Shown here piece after piece: positions 21,024-32,327 of a DNA stretch of 64,000 nt (position 1 is the stretch's first letter; each line of letters starts with the position of its first letter). The stretch is from positions 1-64,000 of the forward strand of contig JAHHIK010000013.1 of assembly GCA_019358935.1 (NCBI GenBank). Direction: 5' to 3'. Source of the DNA: Tolypothrix carrinoi HA7290-LM1. GTDB lineage: Bacteria; Cyanobacteriota; Cyanobacteriia; Cyanobacteriales; Nostocaceae. The notes beneath the pieces are model-generated. The model was not told the origin of the DNA. It did not search any database and was given only the letters and a program-made list of their open reading frames with translations. Made by a program: the position numbers and the translations under genes.

Positions 21024-21587
21024 GTGACAGCATCAACTGATACCTCAACTTTCATTTTTCGCCTTTCTCCCTTAATTCGCATCGCCCTGTTAAGCCTCTA
21101 TATAGCCCTCACAGCACCGTTACCTTTTTTATCCAAGGCAACAGCCTCACCCATACCCCCAGCATTATTGTGGGTAGGAATCAGCATCGGTTTTGTTGCT
21201 TTGTATGCAGTCTTAACCGAACGAGTAATTTTAGACGACCAAGGAATTCAAGTTACCTACCCCGTTTGGGTTAAGCGCTTCTTTCGTAAAGGTTGGTCTT
21301 TACCTTGGTCGCAAGTCAAAGAATTAAAACCCCGTACCACAGGGCAAGGAGGTTTAGTTTATTACTTCCTCAGTCAAGACGGCAAAGCTTATTTACTACC
21401 GATGCGCGTGGCAGGATTTGCCCAATTAGTCCGCCAAGTGCAAGCCAAAACCGGCATTGACACCACAGATGTCTACCCTCTAGCACAACCGTGGATGTAC
21501 GTAGCCTTACTTATATCTACATTCTTCTTACTATTAGTTGATGCTTGGACTATCACCACAGCTTTAACATTAGGTAGCTTAAATTAA
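21024..21587 (+). CDS. Conserved membrane hypothetical protein
   Basis: Three hydrophobic segments; PRTTGQGGLVYYF motif. Confidence 0.75.
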   Translation: MTASTDTSTFIFRLSPLIRIALLSLYIALTAPLPFLSKATASPIPPALLWVGISIGFVALYAVLTERVILDDQGIQVTYPVWVKRFFRKGWSLPWSQVKELKPRTTGQGGLVYYFLSQDGKAYLLPMRVAGFAQLVRQVQAKTGIDTTDVYPLAQPWMYVALLISTFFLLLVDAWTITTALTLGSLN

Positions 21588-21658
21588 ATTTTCTTAACCT
21601 TTGCGCCTCTGCGCCTTTGCGTGAGATAAAGAAGAATTGATACCTACCGAATCTGCAC

Positions 21659-22426
21659 TTGGATAATCCCAAACTAAAGCTAGAGCAAGTAAATCTATTT
21701 GCCAAACTGAAAACCCATAAAAGCAACCAACAAGGATATCCTATATTACAAGATATTTCCTTTGAGGTTACCAAAGGCGAATTTATCGCTATTATCGGGC
21801 TGACTGGTGCTGGCAAAACTTCGTTATTACGCCTCATCAACCGCCTTGATGAACCGAGTAGCGGTAAAATCTATCTAGAAAATCAGGAATATCGGCAAAT
21901 TCCCATCTTAGAGTTACGCGCTAATGTGACACTCGTACCGCAAGAAACCAAATTATTGGGAATGACAGTGACAGAAGCGTTAGCTTACCCGTTAGTTTTG
22001 CGTGGTTTAGCCAAACAGACAATTCAGCAACGTGTCAGTTACTGGATAGAACAACTGCACATTCCCAATGATTGGTTAGGAAAAACTGAGGTACAACTTT
22101 CGGCAGGACAAAGACAATTAATAGCGATCGCTCGTGCTTTAGTTATCCAACCGAAAATTTTATTATTAGACGAGCCAACATCTTCTTTAGACATTGCCAC
22201 GGCAGAGCGTTTAATGCAAGTCTTAACCCAGTTAACTCAAAGTCATCAAACCACCATTCTCATGGTAAATCACCAATTAGAGTTAGCTCAGATGTCTTGT
22301 ACCCGCTTATTACACCTCAAGCTTGGTCGCTTGTTAGCAAATCAAAAAGCCGTGGAAGTAGACTGGGTTAACTTACGTTCTTGCTTAACACAAGCACAAA
22401 CTCAACTAGATGAAGAATGGGGTTAG
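21659..22426 (+). CDS. ABC transporter ATP-binding protein
   Basis: GLTGAGKT, LSAGQRQ, LLLDEPTS. Confidence 0.9.
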   Translation: MDNPKLKLEQVNLFAKLKTHKSNQQGYPILQDISFEVTKGEFIAIIGLTGAGKTSLLRLINRLDEPSSGKIYLENQEYRQIPILELRANVTLVPQETKLLGMTVTEALAYPLVLRGLAKQTIQQRVSYWIEQLHIPNDWLGKTEVQLSAGQRQLIAIARALVIQPKILLLDEPTSSLDIATAERLMQVLTQLTQSHQTTILMVNHQLELAQMSCTRLLHLKLGRLLANQKAVEVDWVNLRSCLTQAQTQLDEEWG

Positions 22427-22429
22427 GTG

Positions 22430-22640
22430 GAGCGTTGTTGGTTGTTAGTTGTTAGTTGTTATTTGTTAGTTGTTAGTTGTTAGTTGTTATTTGTTGGTTG
22501 GAGCGTTGGAGCGTTGTCAAAAAGTACTCGTTACAACCATCCACTATCCACTATCAACCATCCACTATCTACTATCCACTACCCACTACCCACTACCCAC
22601 TACCCACTATCTACTATCCACCATCCACCATCCACTATCC
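22430..22640. repeat. STRR blocks (TGTTAGT-type then CCACTAT/CCACTAC-type) between convergent genes
   Basis: Directly visible heptamer tandems. Confidence 0.85.
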
Positions 22641-23426
22641 AGTAACCACCTCCCCTTCTGGGATTTGACTGCTAAGAGTTGAACGTTGATTAGTAAATCT
22701 CTCTTTCGCTAACTTTGCTTGTGATTGTGGCGGGTTGGCGTTTATAATTTCCATGTTAAAGCGATATCCGACATTGCGGATAGTTTGAATCAAACTGGGT
22801 TGTCGAGGATCGAGTTCAACTTTTTTCCGTAATGATAAAACGTGAGTATCAATAGTACGTGGGTTATCAATAGCATCGGGCCAAGCACGACGTAGCAATT
22901 CTGTCCTACTTAAAGGCACTCCGCCTGCTTGCGCTAAAACATACAGTAAACTGAACTCTTGCGGTGTTAAATCGATAAATTCGCCTTGAAAGCGAACCCG
23001 GCGCTGTACTAAATCGATTTGGATAGAGCCATAATCGAGATAAGCTGGCGCTACAGGTGCGCGTCTGCGGCGAATTAGTGCCTCTACCCGCGCTAGAAAC
23101 TCTTGCATCCCAAAAGGTTTGCTGAGATAATCATCAGCCCCAGCTTTCAAACCAGCGACGATATCAGCTTCATTAGTCCGAGCAGATAGCATTAAAATAA
23201 AAGGTTGTTGCTGACGATGCAACCAACGGCAAAACTCAATGCCATCGCCATCAGGCAAATCGGCATCAAGAATAATTAGTGTTGGTTGTTGGCTGATAAA
23301 AACTTCCCTTGCTTGATAAATACTGGCGGCTTGATGCACGCGATACTCTAGTTGTTGCAAGTGCCAACCCAGCAACGACCTCAGATGGGGATTTCCCTCA
23401 ATGATTTCAATACAAACCGATCCCAC
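22635..23426 (-). CDS. OmpR-family response regulator
   Basis: Receiver (LDADLP, GADDYLSKPF) plus wHTH (LTPQEFSLL, RTIDTHV, TIRNVGYRF). Confidence 0.92.
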   Translation of the reverse strand: MGSVCIEIIEGNPHLRSLLGWHLQQLEYRVHQAASIYQAREVFISQQPTLIILDADLPDGDGIEFCRWLHRQQQPFILMLSARTNEADIVAGLKAGADDYLSKPFGMQEFLARVEALIRRRRAPVAPAYLDYGSIQIDLVQRRVRFQGEFIDLTPQEFSLLYVLAQAGGVPLSRTELLRRAWPDAIDNPRTIDTHVLSLRKKVELDPRQPSLIQTIRNVGYRFNMEIINANPPQSQAKLAKERFTNQRSTLSSQIPEGEVVTG

Positions 23427-23990
23427 GGTGGCAATACCCCTTAGCGTCGATGACTTTCAAAGTAACAAAGCCAATGTCTAAGGTTTTGTAGCCCTTGTTA
23501 CCTCCATTGCGATTAGCATAACTTTTTCTAATAAAAAAGTTGACAAGTAGGTAATTTATGCCTTGGCAAAGGTGAATTGGTAATCTTCTTAAATTTTTGT
23601 TAGAATTCCGGGAAAGTAAAATCTCATAAGTTAAACATCTTGCTTTCACGCTGGTTGCTATTGACAAACTCTCATCTCACAAAATAAGCTAATCCTTACC
23701 AAAGCTATGTTTGAGCATAAATATGAAGAAGTATTCCATTTGGCAGATGAAATAAATGCTTACACCCCTCACTCAAGTCGAGCTACTTTGAGAGAAAATC
23801 ATAAGAATACTAAACTGGCAATCCCATTCCGCTTTTTCTGGAATAGGATCTAGTTAGACTGTAGCCAATAGGTAGTGATCCCCAAAGTAGAGTTATCATC
23901 TTCAATTTGATGGCAACCTGAAAGTAAGACTTCACATTTGCATGTGAATCATTTACAATTCTCATTCCAAAGAGATTTCTATCCTCAGTT

Positions 23991-24245
23991 ATGCTTCAAG
24001 ACACACAAACCATTCGCTACTACCAAAGACTTACCGACGCCTTCGTCGAGCTATGGAATCGCGGTTATCGGACGGATGATATGCGGATGTATTTGGATGG
24101 ATATCTAGCCGCCCTGCGACATAGTAACACTATTGAACCTTATTTGATTCATCGTTTAGAGGAGGAAGCCAGCCGCTACTTGTACGATGGCTCAAACTTT
24201 GTCATGACCCAACCCGAGCCAGAACGACAACACGATTACTACTAA
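23991..24245 (+). CDS. Conserved cyanobacterial small protein (DUF6761-like)
   Basis: IRYYQRLTDAFVELWNRGY...YLDGYLAALR. Confidence 0.75.
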   Translation: MLQDTQTIRYYQRLTDAFVELWNRGYRTDDMRMYLDGYLAALRHSNTIEPYLIHRLEEEASRYLYDGSNFVMTQPEPERQHDYY

Positions 24246-24559
24246 TGCCCTTTTAGAGTTAATCGTTAGTAACCGTTAATCAACGCTGATAATTATAACA
24301 TATTATCGGCATTGGTCAATGGGCAATATTGGTCTGCATGGCACAAATTGTAAAAAAATATTCCTTCAGCGTTGTGTGGTTAGCCCAAACAAAGCTGAAG
24401 GAATTTTAGAACAAGCGCTCCGGGCGCTTTGCGCCCGCATAAAGGCGATCGCACATCAAAAAGCGTCTCTTCTCCTGTCCGAGACGCTGCGCTCTTTTAG
24501 AGGCACGCGGCGCTCCGCGATCGCCTCATACGCATCACACATACCAAAGACGTTTTGGT

Positions 24560-24883
24560 TTACGAAGCTAAAGCAACTTCCACCATTTGCTGCAATTCGC
24601 CTTTTTGGTACAGTTCAATCAAAATATCGGAACCGCCGACGAATTGACCATCAATATAGACTTGGGGAATTGTGGGCCAATTGGAATATTCTTTAATTCC
24701 CTGACGGATTTCTGGATCGGCGAGAATGTCAAGCGTCTCAAAGGGAACTCCCAAAGTATTGAGAATCTGCACAACATTGTTCGAGAAACCGCACTGAGGC
24801 ATCAACTTGGTTCCCTTCATGAAAACCATAATCTTGTTTTGTGTTACCAAGTTGTCAATTTTATCTTTAACTTCTGGTGTCAT
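24560..24883 (-). CDS. grxD: Monothiol glutaredoxin (Grx4 family)
   Basis: FMKGT..PQCGFS, WPTIPQ, FVGGSD. Confidence 0.95.
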   Translation of the reverse strand: MTPEVKDKIDNLVTQNKIMVFMKGTKLMPQCGFSNNVVQILNTLGVPFETLDILADPEIRQGIKEYSNWPTIPQVYIDGQFVGGSDILIELYQKGELQQMVEVALAS

Positions 24884-24924
24884 GTTCTTTCGGTTTCCTA
24901 TTATGGGTTCAAGAGTGAAGAGTG

Positions 24925-25110
24925 ACGAGTTAGGAGTTAGGAGTGAGGAGTTAAAAGTTAGGAGTTAGGAGTGAGGAGTGAGGAATGAGGAGTGGGGAGT
25001 CAAGAAATGGTTTAGCGTTATTTCTTTTTACTCATAACTTCGCTCCTCATAACTCATAACTCATAACTCATAACTCATAACTCATAACTCATAACTCCTA
25101 ACTTTTAACT
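24925..25110. repeat. Inverted STRR blocks (TAGGAGT / ACTCATA)
   Basis: Directly visible. Confidence 0.85.
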
Positions 25111-25368
25111 TTACGAAGCGGCTGTTGTCTGCCAAGACTCAGGAGTATAGGTTTTGAGTGCTAAGGCATGAATTGAATCATTTGACATGGCTTGCCGCAA
25201 AGCAGCATAAATTAACTGATGTTGTTGCACCAATCCCTTGCCTGCAAACTGCGATGAAACTACAGTGACTTGATAGTGGTCTCCACCACCAGTCAAGTCT
25301 TGCACCTGAACTTGGGCATCTGGCAGTTCCGCCTTGATCATTGCCTCAACTTGCTGCGGACTAATCAT
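25111..25368 (-). CDS. bolA: BolA family protein
   Basis: GGGDHYQVTVVSSQF, QQHQLIY, IHALALKT; adjacent to grxD. ATG at 25368. Confidence 0.92.
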   Translation of the reverse strand: MISPQQVEAMIKAELPDAQVQVQDLTGGGDHYQVTVVSSQFAGKGLVQQHQLIYAALRQAMSNDSIHALALKTYTPESWQTTAAS

Positions 25369-25578
25369 CGCCATTCCTGAAAAACTTCTGTTTCTATTAT
25401 TAACAACAAATACCTGTCGCTTACCTTTGCCAATATAAGATTTTAGCAATGGTTAGCACACGCCCAAAGCGCGGAGCGCACTTTTTGAGAACGCCTCATG
25501 GCACATAACCCCATCCTAGCATTGGGGGTTCAGGAGAGGGCGAGGAGGAGAAAAGAATAATCAACGAAAAAAGAGTTT

Positions 25579-26238
25579 TTATTTTTTTGGAGAAGAAGAA
25601 CTATTACCAGTGCGGGGAGAGGGGGACGACGAGGGTGAACTACTACCAGTGCGAGGATAAGGAGAATCCACAAAACCTAACTCTAATAACTGCTGGTAAG
25701 CCTTCTTACCTAATTCTCGCGTTGGGTTTTGAGAGCGAATAATCTGAACCAGCAAAGGCACAGCTAATTCTGGTTGATTTTGCGCCCGATGTACCAGCGC
25801 TAACTGATAGGTAGATTCATCTCGCATTTGAGCAGTTTCTAGCGCCTTTTTTCGCAGGGAATCAGAAATTCTGTTATCAATTCCTGAAAAGCTAGAATTC
25901 AAGTCTTGATAAAAATTAGATAGCTGGTTAAAAACCTGACGTGCTTCCTGAAGTTTCTTCGCAGCAGTAGCATAGTTTTGAGAACCAACAGCACTACTTG
26001 CCTCACTCATTAGACGCTTGCCCCCCTCAATGCTTAAAAGAGTACCATTTGGTGCAGTGGGACGGAGATTGTTCGGGTCATCAGGGTTGATCGGTTGTGC
26101 TTGGTTAGGATTGCTTGGTAACTTGATTACCTGAGCATTCACAGGTGATAGCAAGCTGAGGGCTGCTAGGAATGATAAACAAGTGAAGCGAATTAAAGGA
26201 ATTGCAGCAAAGTTCATTCTTATAAATTGGCGCGACAA
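25579..26238 (-). CDS. Conserved exported helical hypothetical protein
   Basis: Signal-peptide-like N-terminus (VNA-Q) and TPR-like helical body. Confidence 0.75.
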   Translation of the reverse strand: MSRQFIRMNFAAIPLIRFTCLSFLAALSLLSPVNAQVIKLPSNPNQAQPINPDDPNNLRPTAPNGTLLSIEGGKRLMSEASSAVGSQNYATAAKKLQEARQVFNQLSNFYQDLNSSFSGIDNRISDSLRKKALETAQMRDESTYQLALVHRAQNQPELAVPLLVQIIRSQNPTRELGKKAYQQLLELGFVDSPYPRTGSSSPSSSPSPRTGNSSSSPKK

Positions 26239-26372
26239 TTACACACAATAAGTATGGAAACTTCGGGTATCTTAACTCTGTTTTGGTCTCTGATAAAAGC
26301 AAAGCTACATACTAAGTTTCTTTGTTTTAGACTAAACTTTGGTGTAATCGAGTTCCCGCACGCCACCGTACA

Positions 26373-26570
26373 GGGGACTGGGGACTGGGGAATGGGGCAT
26401 GGGGGAGCCAGTGCCGTGCGGAGGTTCCCTCCGTTGAGGCATCTGGCGTCATGGGGCATGGGGCATGGGGCATGGAAAGAATTTCTTATTACCAATTCGC
26501 AATTCCCAATGCCCAATGCCCATTGCCCATTACCCATTACCCATTACCCATTACCCAATTCCCAATTCCC
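26373..26570. repeat. Inverted STRR blocks with an embedded short dispersed repeat (26404-26449)
   Basis: GGGGACT/GGGGCAT units followed by CCCATTA/CCCAATG units. Confidence 0.8.
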
Positions 26571-26587
26571 GAATTCATAACACATGA

Positions 26588-27385
26588 CTAAGAATTAGGA
26601 ACTTCAGCAAATCTGTGATTAATCATCTCTGATTCGTGATGGCTTAATTGTTGCAGCATCTTTGCTAAATCAACTGTCAGGCGTTTAGCATCTTGTTTCA
26701 CGCAACCATGAGTGTAATCTGCTACTGCTAGCGGGGAACCAATATGGATGCTAACATCCGTACCCCAGTTCGGATAAGGTTGGCTGTAATTAATATTGAT
26801 CGGGACAATTTTCACCCCCAGTCCTGGGTGACTAGATTCAGCACTCAAAGCCAAACGTGCAATTCCTGGCTTTAACGGGTGAACTTCACCATCACGATAA
26901 ATCCCACCTTCGGGAAAAATAACCAAGGTTTTTCCTTGCTGGAGTAGTTCAACACCGTGCCGTAAAGTGCTAATTGATGGGCGTTTAGGATCTACAGGAA
27001 ACCCTCCTAAGCGTCGAACAAACCAGCCTTGAAACCCTTGACATTCACTGATTGTTACCATGAAACGCAAATCTCGACCTGCCACACAGCAACTAGCAGC
27101 GTAGGGTACTAGCAATGCATCCCAACGTGCCCGATGGGTCGGAGCGAGGATAACCGGACCGGTGGTGGGCATATGTTCTTCGCCGACGATCCTGATTTGG
27201 CGAAAGAAGAACGGTAAAAGGAAATGACGCCCTAACACATACGCCAAGGGAGTTAACCAAGGAGAAACTTGAGAGGTCGTAGGAGCCAATTTAGCAATTG
27301 TTTGTGAATTGGCAGATGTTTTCTGGCAAATATTAGCAAAAGTGTGAAGTTCCATCATCACGGTGGCTGCTGATTGTCGGGTCAA
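26588..27385 (-). CDS. 1-acyl-sn-glycerol-3-phosphate acyltransferase family protein
   Basis: HRARWD (HX4D), GGFPVD, IFPEG. Confidence 0.88.
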   Translation of the reverse strand: MTRQSAATVMMELHTFANICQKTSANSQTIAKLAPTTSQVSPWLTPLAYVLGRHFLLPFFFRQIRIVGEEHMPTTGPVILAPTHRARWDALLVPYAASCCVAGRDLRFMVTISECQGFQGWFVRRLGGFPVDPKRPSISTLRHGVELLQQGKTLVIFPEGGIYRDGEVHPLKPGIARLALSAESSHPGLGVKIVPININYSQPYPNWGTDVSIHIGSPLAVADYTHGCVKQDAKRLTVDLAKMLQQLSHHESEMINHRFAEVPNS

Positions 27386-27469
27386 TTGTGATCAAAGCTA
27401 TGTTAGATACACCGTAGATTCTCTTTTTTGATTTGTGTCACACCTACCGGACAGTTTTACCTCTGTCCG

Positions 27470-27955
27470 TTAGATTTTGCTACTTCGGCGCACTTCAAAC
27501 CAGGTTTGCAACTGTTGACGACTCTTAGACTCTTCAATGCCTGCGATTACACGCAAGCGGTGATTAGAAGCGGCGCTATCAGGTATGTTGGCAACGGTAC
27601 GGATTGAGCCAGTTTTTGGATCGTCCACGCTATAGACAAGAAGTCCTAAACGTGCTTGCACAATAGCACCGGCACACATCGGGCAAGGTTCTAAAGTTAC
27701 GTAGAGAGTGCATTCGTTGAGACGCCAGCTTTGCAAGATTTTTGCAGCTGCCCTAATGGCGATAATTTCTGCATGAGCTGTGGGGTCTTTGTCGCGTTCT
27801 TTTCGATTTTCACCCCCTGCAATAAAATTGCCAAATGAATCAATTATAACAGCGCCTACGGGAACTTCTCCCGCATTACCTGCTGCTTGTGCAAATTCTA
27901 GGGCATGAGTCATCCATTGTCTATGTATAAGATATTCTGAGTATTCAGTTAACAT
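27470..27955 (-). CDS. tadA: tRNA adenosine(34) deaminase
   Basis: [22 protein letters not shown]. True start at 27955; the ORF extension is STRR-derived. Confidence 0.92.
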   Translation of the reverse strand: MLTEYSEYLIHRQWMTHALEFAQAAGNAGEVPVGAVIIDSFGNFIAGGENRKERDKDPTAHAEIIAIRAAAKILQSWRLNECTLYVTLEPCPMCAGAIVQARLGLLVYSVDDPKTGSIRTVANIPDSAASNHRLRVIAGIEESKSRQQLQTWFEVRRSSKI

Positions 27956-28021
27956 ATTCTTATTTAAAGGGCAATGGGCATAGGGCATGGGGCATGGAAA
28001 GAAAGGAAACTTCTTTTTATT

Positions 28022-28126
28022 CCCATTGCCCATTGCCCATTGCCCATTGCCCATTGCCCATTGCCCATTGCCCATTGCCCATTGCCCATTGCCCATTGCC
28101 CATTGCCCATTGCCCATTGCCCATTG
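28022..28126. repeat. CCCATTG heptamer tandem (~15 copies)
   Basis: Directly visible. Confidence 0.95.
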
Positions 28127-28134
28127 TCCAATCC

Positions 28135-28449
28135 CTAAACAGCAACTTGGGTGAGAAGAGTGTCAAGTTGACCTTGGGTATCTAGCTGATAAATGTCATC
28201 ACAGCCGCCAATGTGCTGGTTATTGATAAAAATCTGCGGTACGCTACGGCGTCCGTTGGCACGTTCAGCCATTTTCGCTCTGGCTGCTTCGTCGCCGTCG
28301 ATTTTGTATTCGGTGAAGTTGACACCTTTCCACCACAGTAGGATCTTGGCACGGATGCAATAAGGGCAAGTTTGCCAAGTGTAAATTTCCACGTTTGCCT
28401 TAACTCGTTCTGGGTGGCGACCTAAAAGGGGGTTGAGAAAGTCCAGCAT
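28135..28449 (-). CDS. grxC: Dithiol glutaredoxin 3
   Basis: CPYC, SVPQIFI, IGGCDD. Confidence 0.93.
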   Translation of the reverse strand: MLDFLNPLLGRHPERVKANVEIYTWQTCPYCIRAKILLWWKGVNFTEYKIDGDEAARAKMAERANGRRSVPQIFINNQHIGGCDDIYQLDTQGQLDTLLTQVAV

Positions 28450-28534
28450 ATTTTGGTGTTATAGATTTTGGTAATTTTTTCTAGCTTAACTATTAGAAGA
28501 GTGAAAAAATATTTGCAGAAAAAGCCGCTAATTA

Positions 28535-29227
28535 CTAATCGCGTTTTGCTTGACAAACGCGCAAAAGTAGATTTCCACCACGTTGAAATTCATAAGGTAC
28601 TTGCTTGATTTCAACTACGTATCCTTGCTTTTGTAATTCACTCAGCACTGGATGTAGTAAAGGGGAGGGTTCTCCGGAGATGTTTAATAGAGGGAAAATT
28701 CTGGCTTCTTTGGCGACTCGACACATTTCGGCGATCGCCTCTATATGAAATTCTGCGGAAAATTGGTCAGAATAGGTAAACAAAAAATGAGAACACAACG
28801 CCAATTCAAACTGATTTGCCTGAAATGGTAGCACAGGCAAACCATCGGTTAAATAGCGTTTTTCCTCCAGTCCTGTGGGAAAATCTTCTAAAAACTGATG
28901 CATTGCAGCCATGCGAATCTCGCCTAACTTTGCGGGAGATTCAATTTCTATCCAAAGGTAGTTGTGTTGATTGTTCTCAATTCCATTCATAATCAACGAA
29001 TAGGTCTGTTGAATGCGTTTGGCAATCTCGCTGACGGAGAACTGATAAATTGGATCGCAAGAAACTACTTGATATCCTTGACTATTCATTTCGGCGTTGA
29101 AGCTGGCAGGACCTCCAGCACAATCAATAATTTTTAAGTTGAGGTCAGAACCTTTCAGGTGAAACATTCTGACATATTCCGTCATCGAACGTCCCCAAGG
29201 GACGACTTTTTCAAGTTTTAAACCCAC
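28535..29227 (-). CDS. SAM-dependent methyltransferase-like protein
   Basis: IDCAGGPASF, DPIY, ALCSHFLFTYS, YEFQRGGN. Confidence 0.8.
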   Translation of the reverse strand: MGLKLEKVVPWGRSMTEYVRMFHLKGSDLNLKIIDCAGGPASFNAEMNSQGYQVVSCDPIYQFSVSEIAKRIQQTYSLIMNGIENNQHNYLWIEIESPAKLGEIRMAAMHQFLEDFPTGLEEKRYLTDGLPVLPFQANQFELALCSHFLFTYSDQFSAEFHIEAIAEMCRVAKEARIFPLLNISGEPSPLLHPVLSELQKQGYVVEIKQVPYEFQRGGNLLLRVCQAKRD

Positions 29228-29636
29228 GGGTGTTTCTACCTCTTGATAAAAATGATTTTATGATTTAAAAATTCATTACTGATAAGATTATCAGTAAATC
29301 AAGAAAGATTTCGCTCTTACTATACTTCAAATCATACGTAATATAAATATTTGTGATTAAATGTTATCTCGCTTGTAAATTTGTGAATGTGCAGCTTTGA
29401 TATTTATAAAGCGGTTTTCGATTTCACAAAAATACTTAGTAACAGAAATTGGCGATCGCCAATTGCTGATGTCACCAACACCCAAAAGATAAGTAGCCCC
29501 AAGTGCCAATTATGACAGGTATAAAAACAGTTAGCAGCAAAACTTAACACAGAAGCAAGTCAAGACTATTTTCCAGGTGTATCCGCCCTTTGGTAGACTT
29601 GAAAACTGAAATCATTGATAAAACTACGCAAAGTCT

Positions 29637-30674
29637 GTGGAAAATACACTTGGTTTAGAAATTATTGAAGTAGTTGAACAAGCGGCGATCGCCTCCGCAC
29701 GTTGGATGGGCAAGGGCGAAAAAAACACCGCTGACCAAGTGGCTGTAGAAGCCATGCGGGAACGGATGAACAAAATTTACATGCGCGGTCGCATCGTTAT
29801 CGGCGAAGGCGAACGCGATGATGCCCCCATGCTGTATATCGGGGAAGAAGTAGGTATCTGCTCTCGTGAAGATGCCAAAGACTTCTGTAACCCAGATGAA
29901 TTAGTGGAAATTGATATCGCGGTTGACCCCTGCGAAGGTACTAACCTGGTAGCTTACGGTCAACCCGGTTCGATGGCTGTTTTGGCAATTTCCCAAAAAG
30001 GTGGATTATTTGCTGCCCCGGACTTCTACATGAAGAAACTAGCAGCACCCCCAGCTGCCAAGGGCAAGGTAGACATCGACAAGTCAGCAACGGAAAACCT
30101 GAAGATTCTCTCTGAGTGTCTAGGGCGCTCTATTGAAGAACTTGTGGTAGTAGTCATGAAGCGCGAACGGCACAACGATTTGATTAAAGAAATCCGCGAA
30201 GCCGGCGCGAGAGTGCAACTAATTTCCGATGGTGACGTGGGTGCAGCCGTATCCTGTGGTTTTGCCGGCACTAATATTCATTGTCTAATGGGTATTGGCG
30301 CGGCTCCTGAAGGTGTAATTTCCGCCGCTGCAATGCGTGCTATGGGTGGACACTTTCAAGGACAATTGATCTACGATCCAGAAGTAGTGAAAACAGGTTT
30401 GATTGGTGAAAGCAAACAAGCCAACATCGAGCGGATGAATTCTATGGGTATCACTGACCTCGATAAGGTCTACGATGCTCATGAACTGGCTTCTGGTGAA
30501 ACTGTGCTGTTCGCAGCTTGCGGCATCACAAGTGGTAACTTGATGCAAGGTGTACGCTTTTTCAGCGGTGGGGCAAGAACTCAAAGCCTAGTTATTTCTA
30601 GCCAGTCAAAAACAGCTCGTTTTGTGGATACCATTCACATGTCTGGCGATCCTAAGACTGTGCAATTGCACTAG
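29637..30674 (+). CDS. glpX: Fructose-1,6-/sedoheptulose-1,7-bisphosphatase class II
   Basis: [34 protein letters not shown]. Confidence 0.97.
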   Translation: MENTLGLEIIEVVEQAAIASARWMGKGEKNTADQVAVEAMRERMNKIYMRGRIVIGEGERDDAPMLYIGEEVGICSREDAKDFCNPDELVEIDIAVDPCEGTNLVAYGQPGSMAVLAISQKGGLFAAPDFYMKKLAAPPAAKGKVDIDKSATENLKILSECLGRSIEELVVVVMKRERHNDLIKEIREAGARVQLISDGDVGAAVSCGFAGTNIHCLMGIGAAPEGVISAAAMRAMGGHFQGQLIYDPEVVKTGLIGESKQANIERMNSMGITDLDKVYDAHELASGETVLFAACGITSGNLMQGVRFFSGGARTQSLVISSQSKTARFVDTIHMSGDPKTVQLH

Positions 30675-30679
30675 ATAAT

Positions 30680-30960
30680 GGGGAATTGGGCATGGGGCAT
30701 GGGGCATGGGGGAGGCAGTGCGTTGCGGTGAGTCCACGGGCGCGGTTGCCTGTACCGTCTATTCGTAGTGGCGAACCCGCTCGTGAGGTCACGAACGTTG
30801 TAGCATCTGCCGTCATGAGGCATGGGGCATGGGGCATAAAAAGAATTTCTCTCCTTACCAATTCGCAATGCTCATTGCCCATTGCCCATTGCCCATTGCC
30901 CATTGCCCATTGCCCATTGCCCATTGCCCATTGCCCCATTGCCCAATTCCCCAATCCCCA
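30680..30960. repeat. Inverted STRR blocks with a nested dispersed repeat (30711-30813)
   Basis: GGGGCAT units then CCCATTG units. The core is shared with 44137-44238. Confidence 0.85.
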
Positions 30961-30982
30961 TTTAGCAATTACGATTTAACAT

Positions 30983-32269
30983 ATGCATATAGCAGTGGTG
31001 GGGTTAAGCCATAAGACAGCCCCAGTAGAAGTCCGGGAAAAGCTGAGTATTCCAGAACCACAAACTGAAAGTGCGATCGCTCACTTAGCTAGCTATCCTC
31101 ATATTCAAGAAGTCGCAATCCTCAGTACTTGTAACCGTCTGGAAATTTACATCGTTACCCCAGAAACCGAACAGGGTATTCGAGAAGTTACTCAGTTTCT
31201 TTCTGAATACAGCAAGTTGCCTGCTGCATCTCTGCGACAACACTTGTTTATGTTGCTGCACCAAGATGCGGTAATGCATCTGATGCGGGTGTCAGCAGGT
31301 TTAGATAGTCTGGTGCTGGGAGAAGGTCAAATTCTGGCTCAGGTAAAGCATACTCACAAACTGGGACAGCAATACAACGGTATTAAAACCATTTTGAATC
31401 GATTATTTAAACAAGCCCTAACAGCAGGCAAGCGGGTTCGGACTGAAACTAGTATTGGTACTGGCGCAGTCTCTATCAGTTCGGCAGCTGTAGAATTAGC
31501 GCAAATGAAAGTGCAAAATTTAGCGGCTTGTCGAGTGGCAATTCTCGGTGCTGGGAAAATGTCGCGGTTACTTGTGCAACACTTAATCTCGAAAGGTGCT
31601 GCCCAAATTTGCATTTTAAATCGCTCTATCGAACGTGCCGCAGAACTGGCACGGCAGTATCCCGACCAAAATATTCAAACTCATCCAATGTCGGCAATGA
31701 TATCAGTGATTGCCGAAAGTGATTTAGTGTTTACAAGTACTTCCGCAACAGAGCCGATACTTGACCGCGCTAAATTAGAAATGGTTTTAGCACCTAACCA
31801 GCCTTTAATGTTATTTGATATTTCCGTGCCTCGTAACGTCCATGCGGACGTGAATGAGGTGGAAAACGTACAAGCGTTCAATGTGGATGATTTGAAGGCG
31901 GTGGTGGCGCAAAACTACGAAAGCCGTCGCAAGATGGCGCAGGAGGCAGAGGGGCTATTAGACGAAGAAGTGGAAGCTTTTGATATTTGGTGGCGCAGTT
32001 TAGAAACTGTCACAACCATCAGCTGTCTGCGGAATAAAATCGAAACCATTCGCGAACAAGAATTAGAAAAAGCTTTATCGCGATTGGGTTCAGAATTCGG
32101 CGACAAACATCAGGAAATCATCGAGGCTTTAACACGAGGAATTGTTAATAAAATTTTACACGACCCGATGGTGCAGTTACGCGCTCAACAAGATGTTGAT
32201 GCGAGACGCCGTTGTATGCAAACTCTGCAAATGTTGTTTAATTTAGATGCAGGTGAGCAGTTTAGTTAA
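30983..32269 (+). CDS. hemA: Glutamyl-tRNA reductase
   Basis: [47 protein letters not shown]. Confidence 0.97.
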   Translation: MHIAVVGLSHKTAPVEVREKLSIPEPQTESAIAHLASYPHIQEVAILSTCNRLEIYIVTPETEQGIREVTQFLSEYSKLPAASLRQHLFMLLHQDAVMHLMRVSAGLDSLVLGEGQILAQVKHTHKLGQQYNGIKTILNRLFKQALTAGKRVRTETSIGTGAVSISSAAVELAQMKVQNLAACRVAILGAGKMSRLLVQHLISKGAAQICILNRSIERAAELARQYPDQNIQTHPMSAMISVIAESDLVFTSTSATEPILDRAKLEMVLAPNQPLMLFDISVPRNVHADVNEVENVQAFNVDDLKAVVAQNYESRRKMAQEAEGLLDEEVEAFDIWWRSLETVTTISCLRNKIETIREQELEKALSRLGSEFGDKHQEIIEALTRGIVNKILHDPMVQLRAQQDVDARRRCMQTLQMLFNLDAGEQFS

Positions 32270-32327
32270 ACTGATTTGAGATTTTGGATGGAAAATTTTA
32301 AATAGAAATCAATCCAAAATCAGCAAT

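Noticed and set aside
27956..28117. Repetitive N-terminal extensions of tadA (also the DUF4079, SRPBCC and ABC ATPase ORFs)
   Set aside because: The ORF caller extended into upstream repeats; family-like sequence begins at downstream ATGs.
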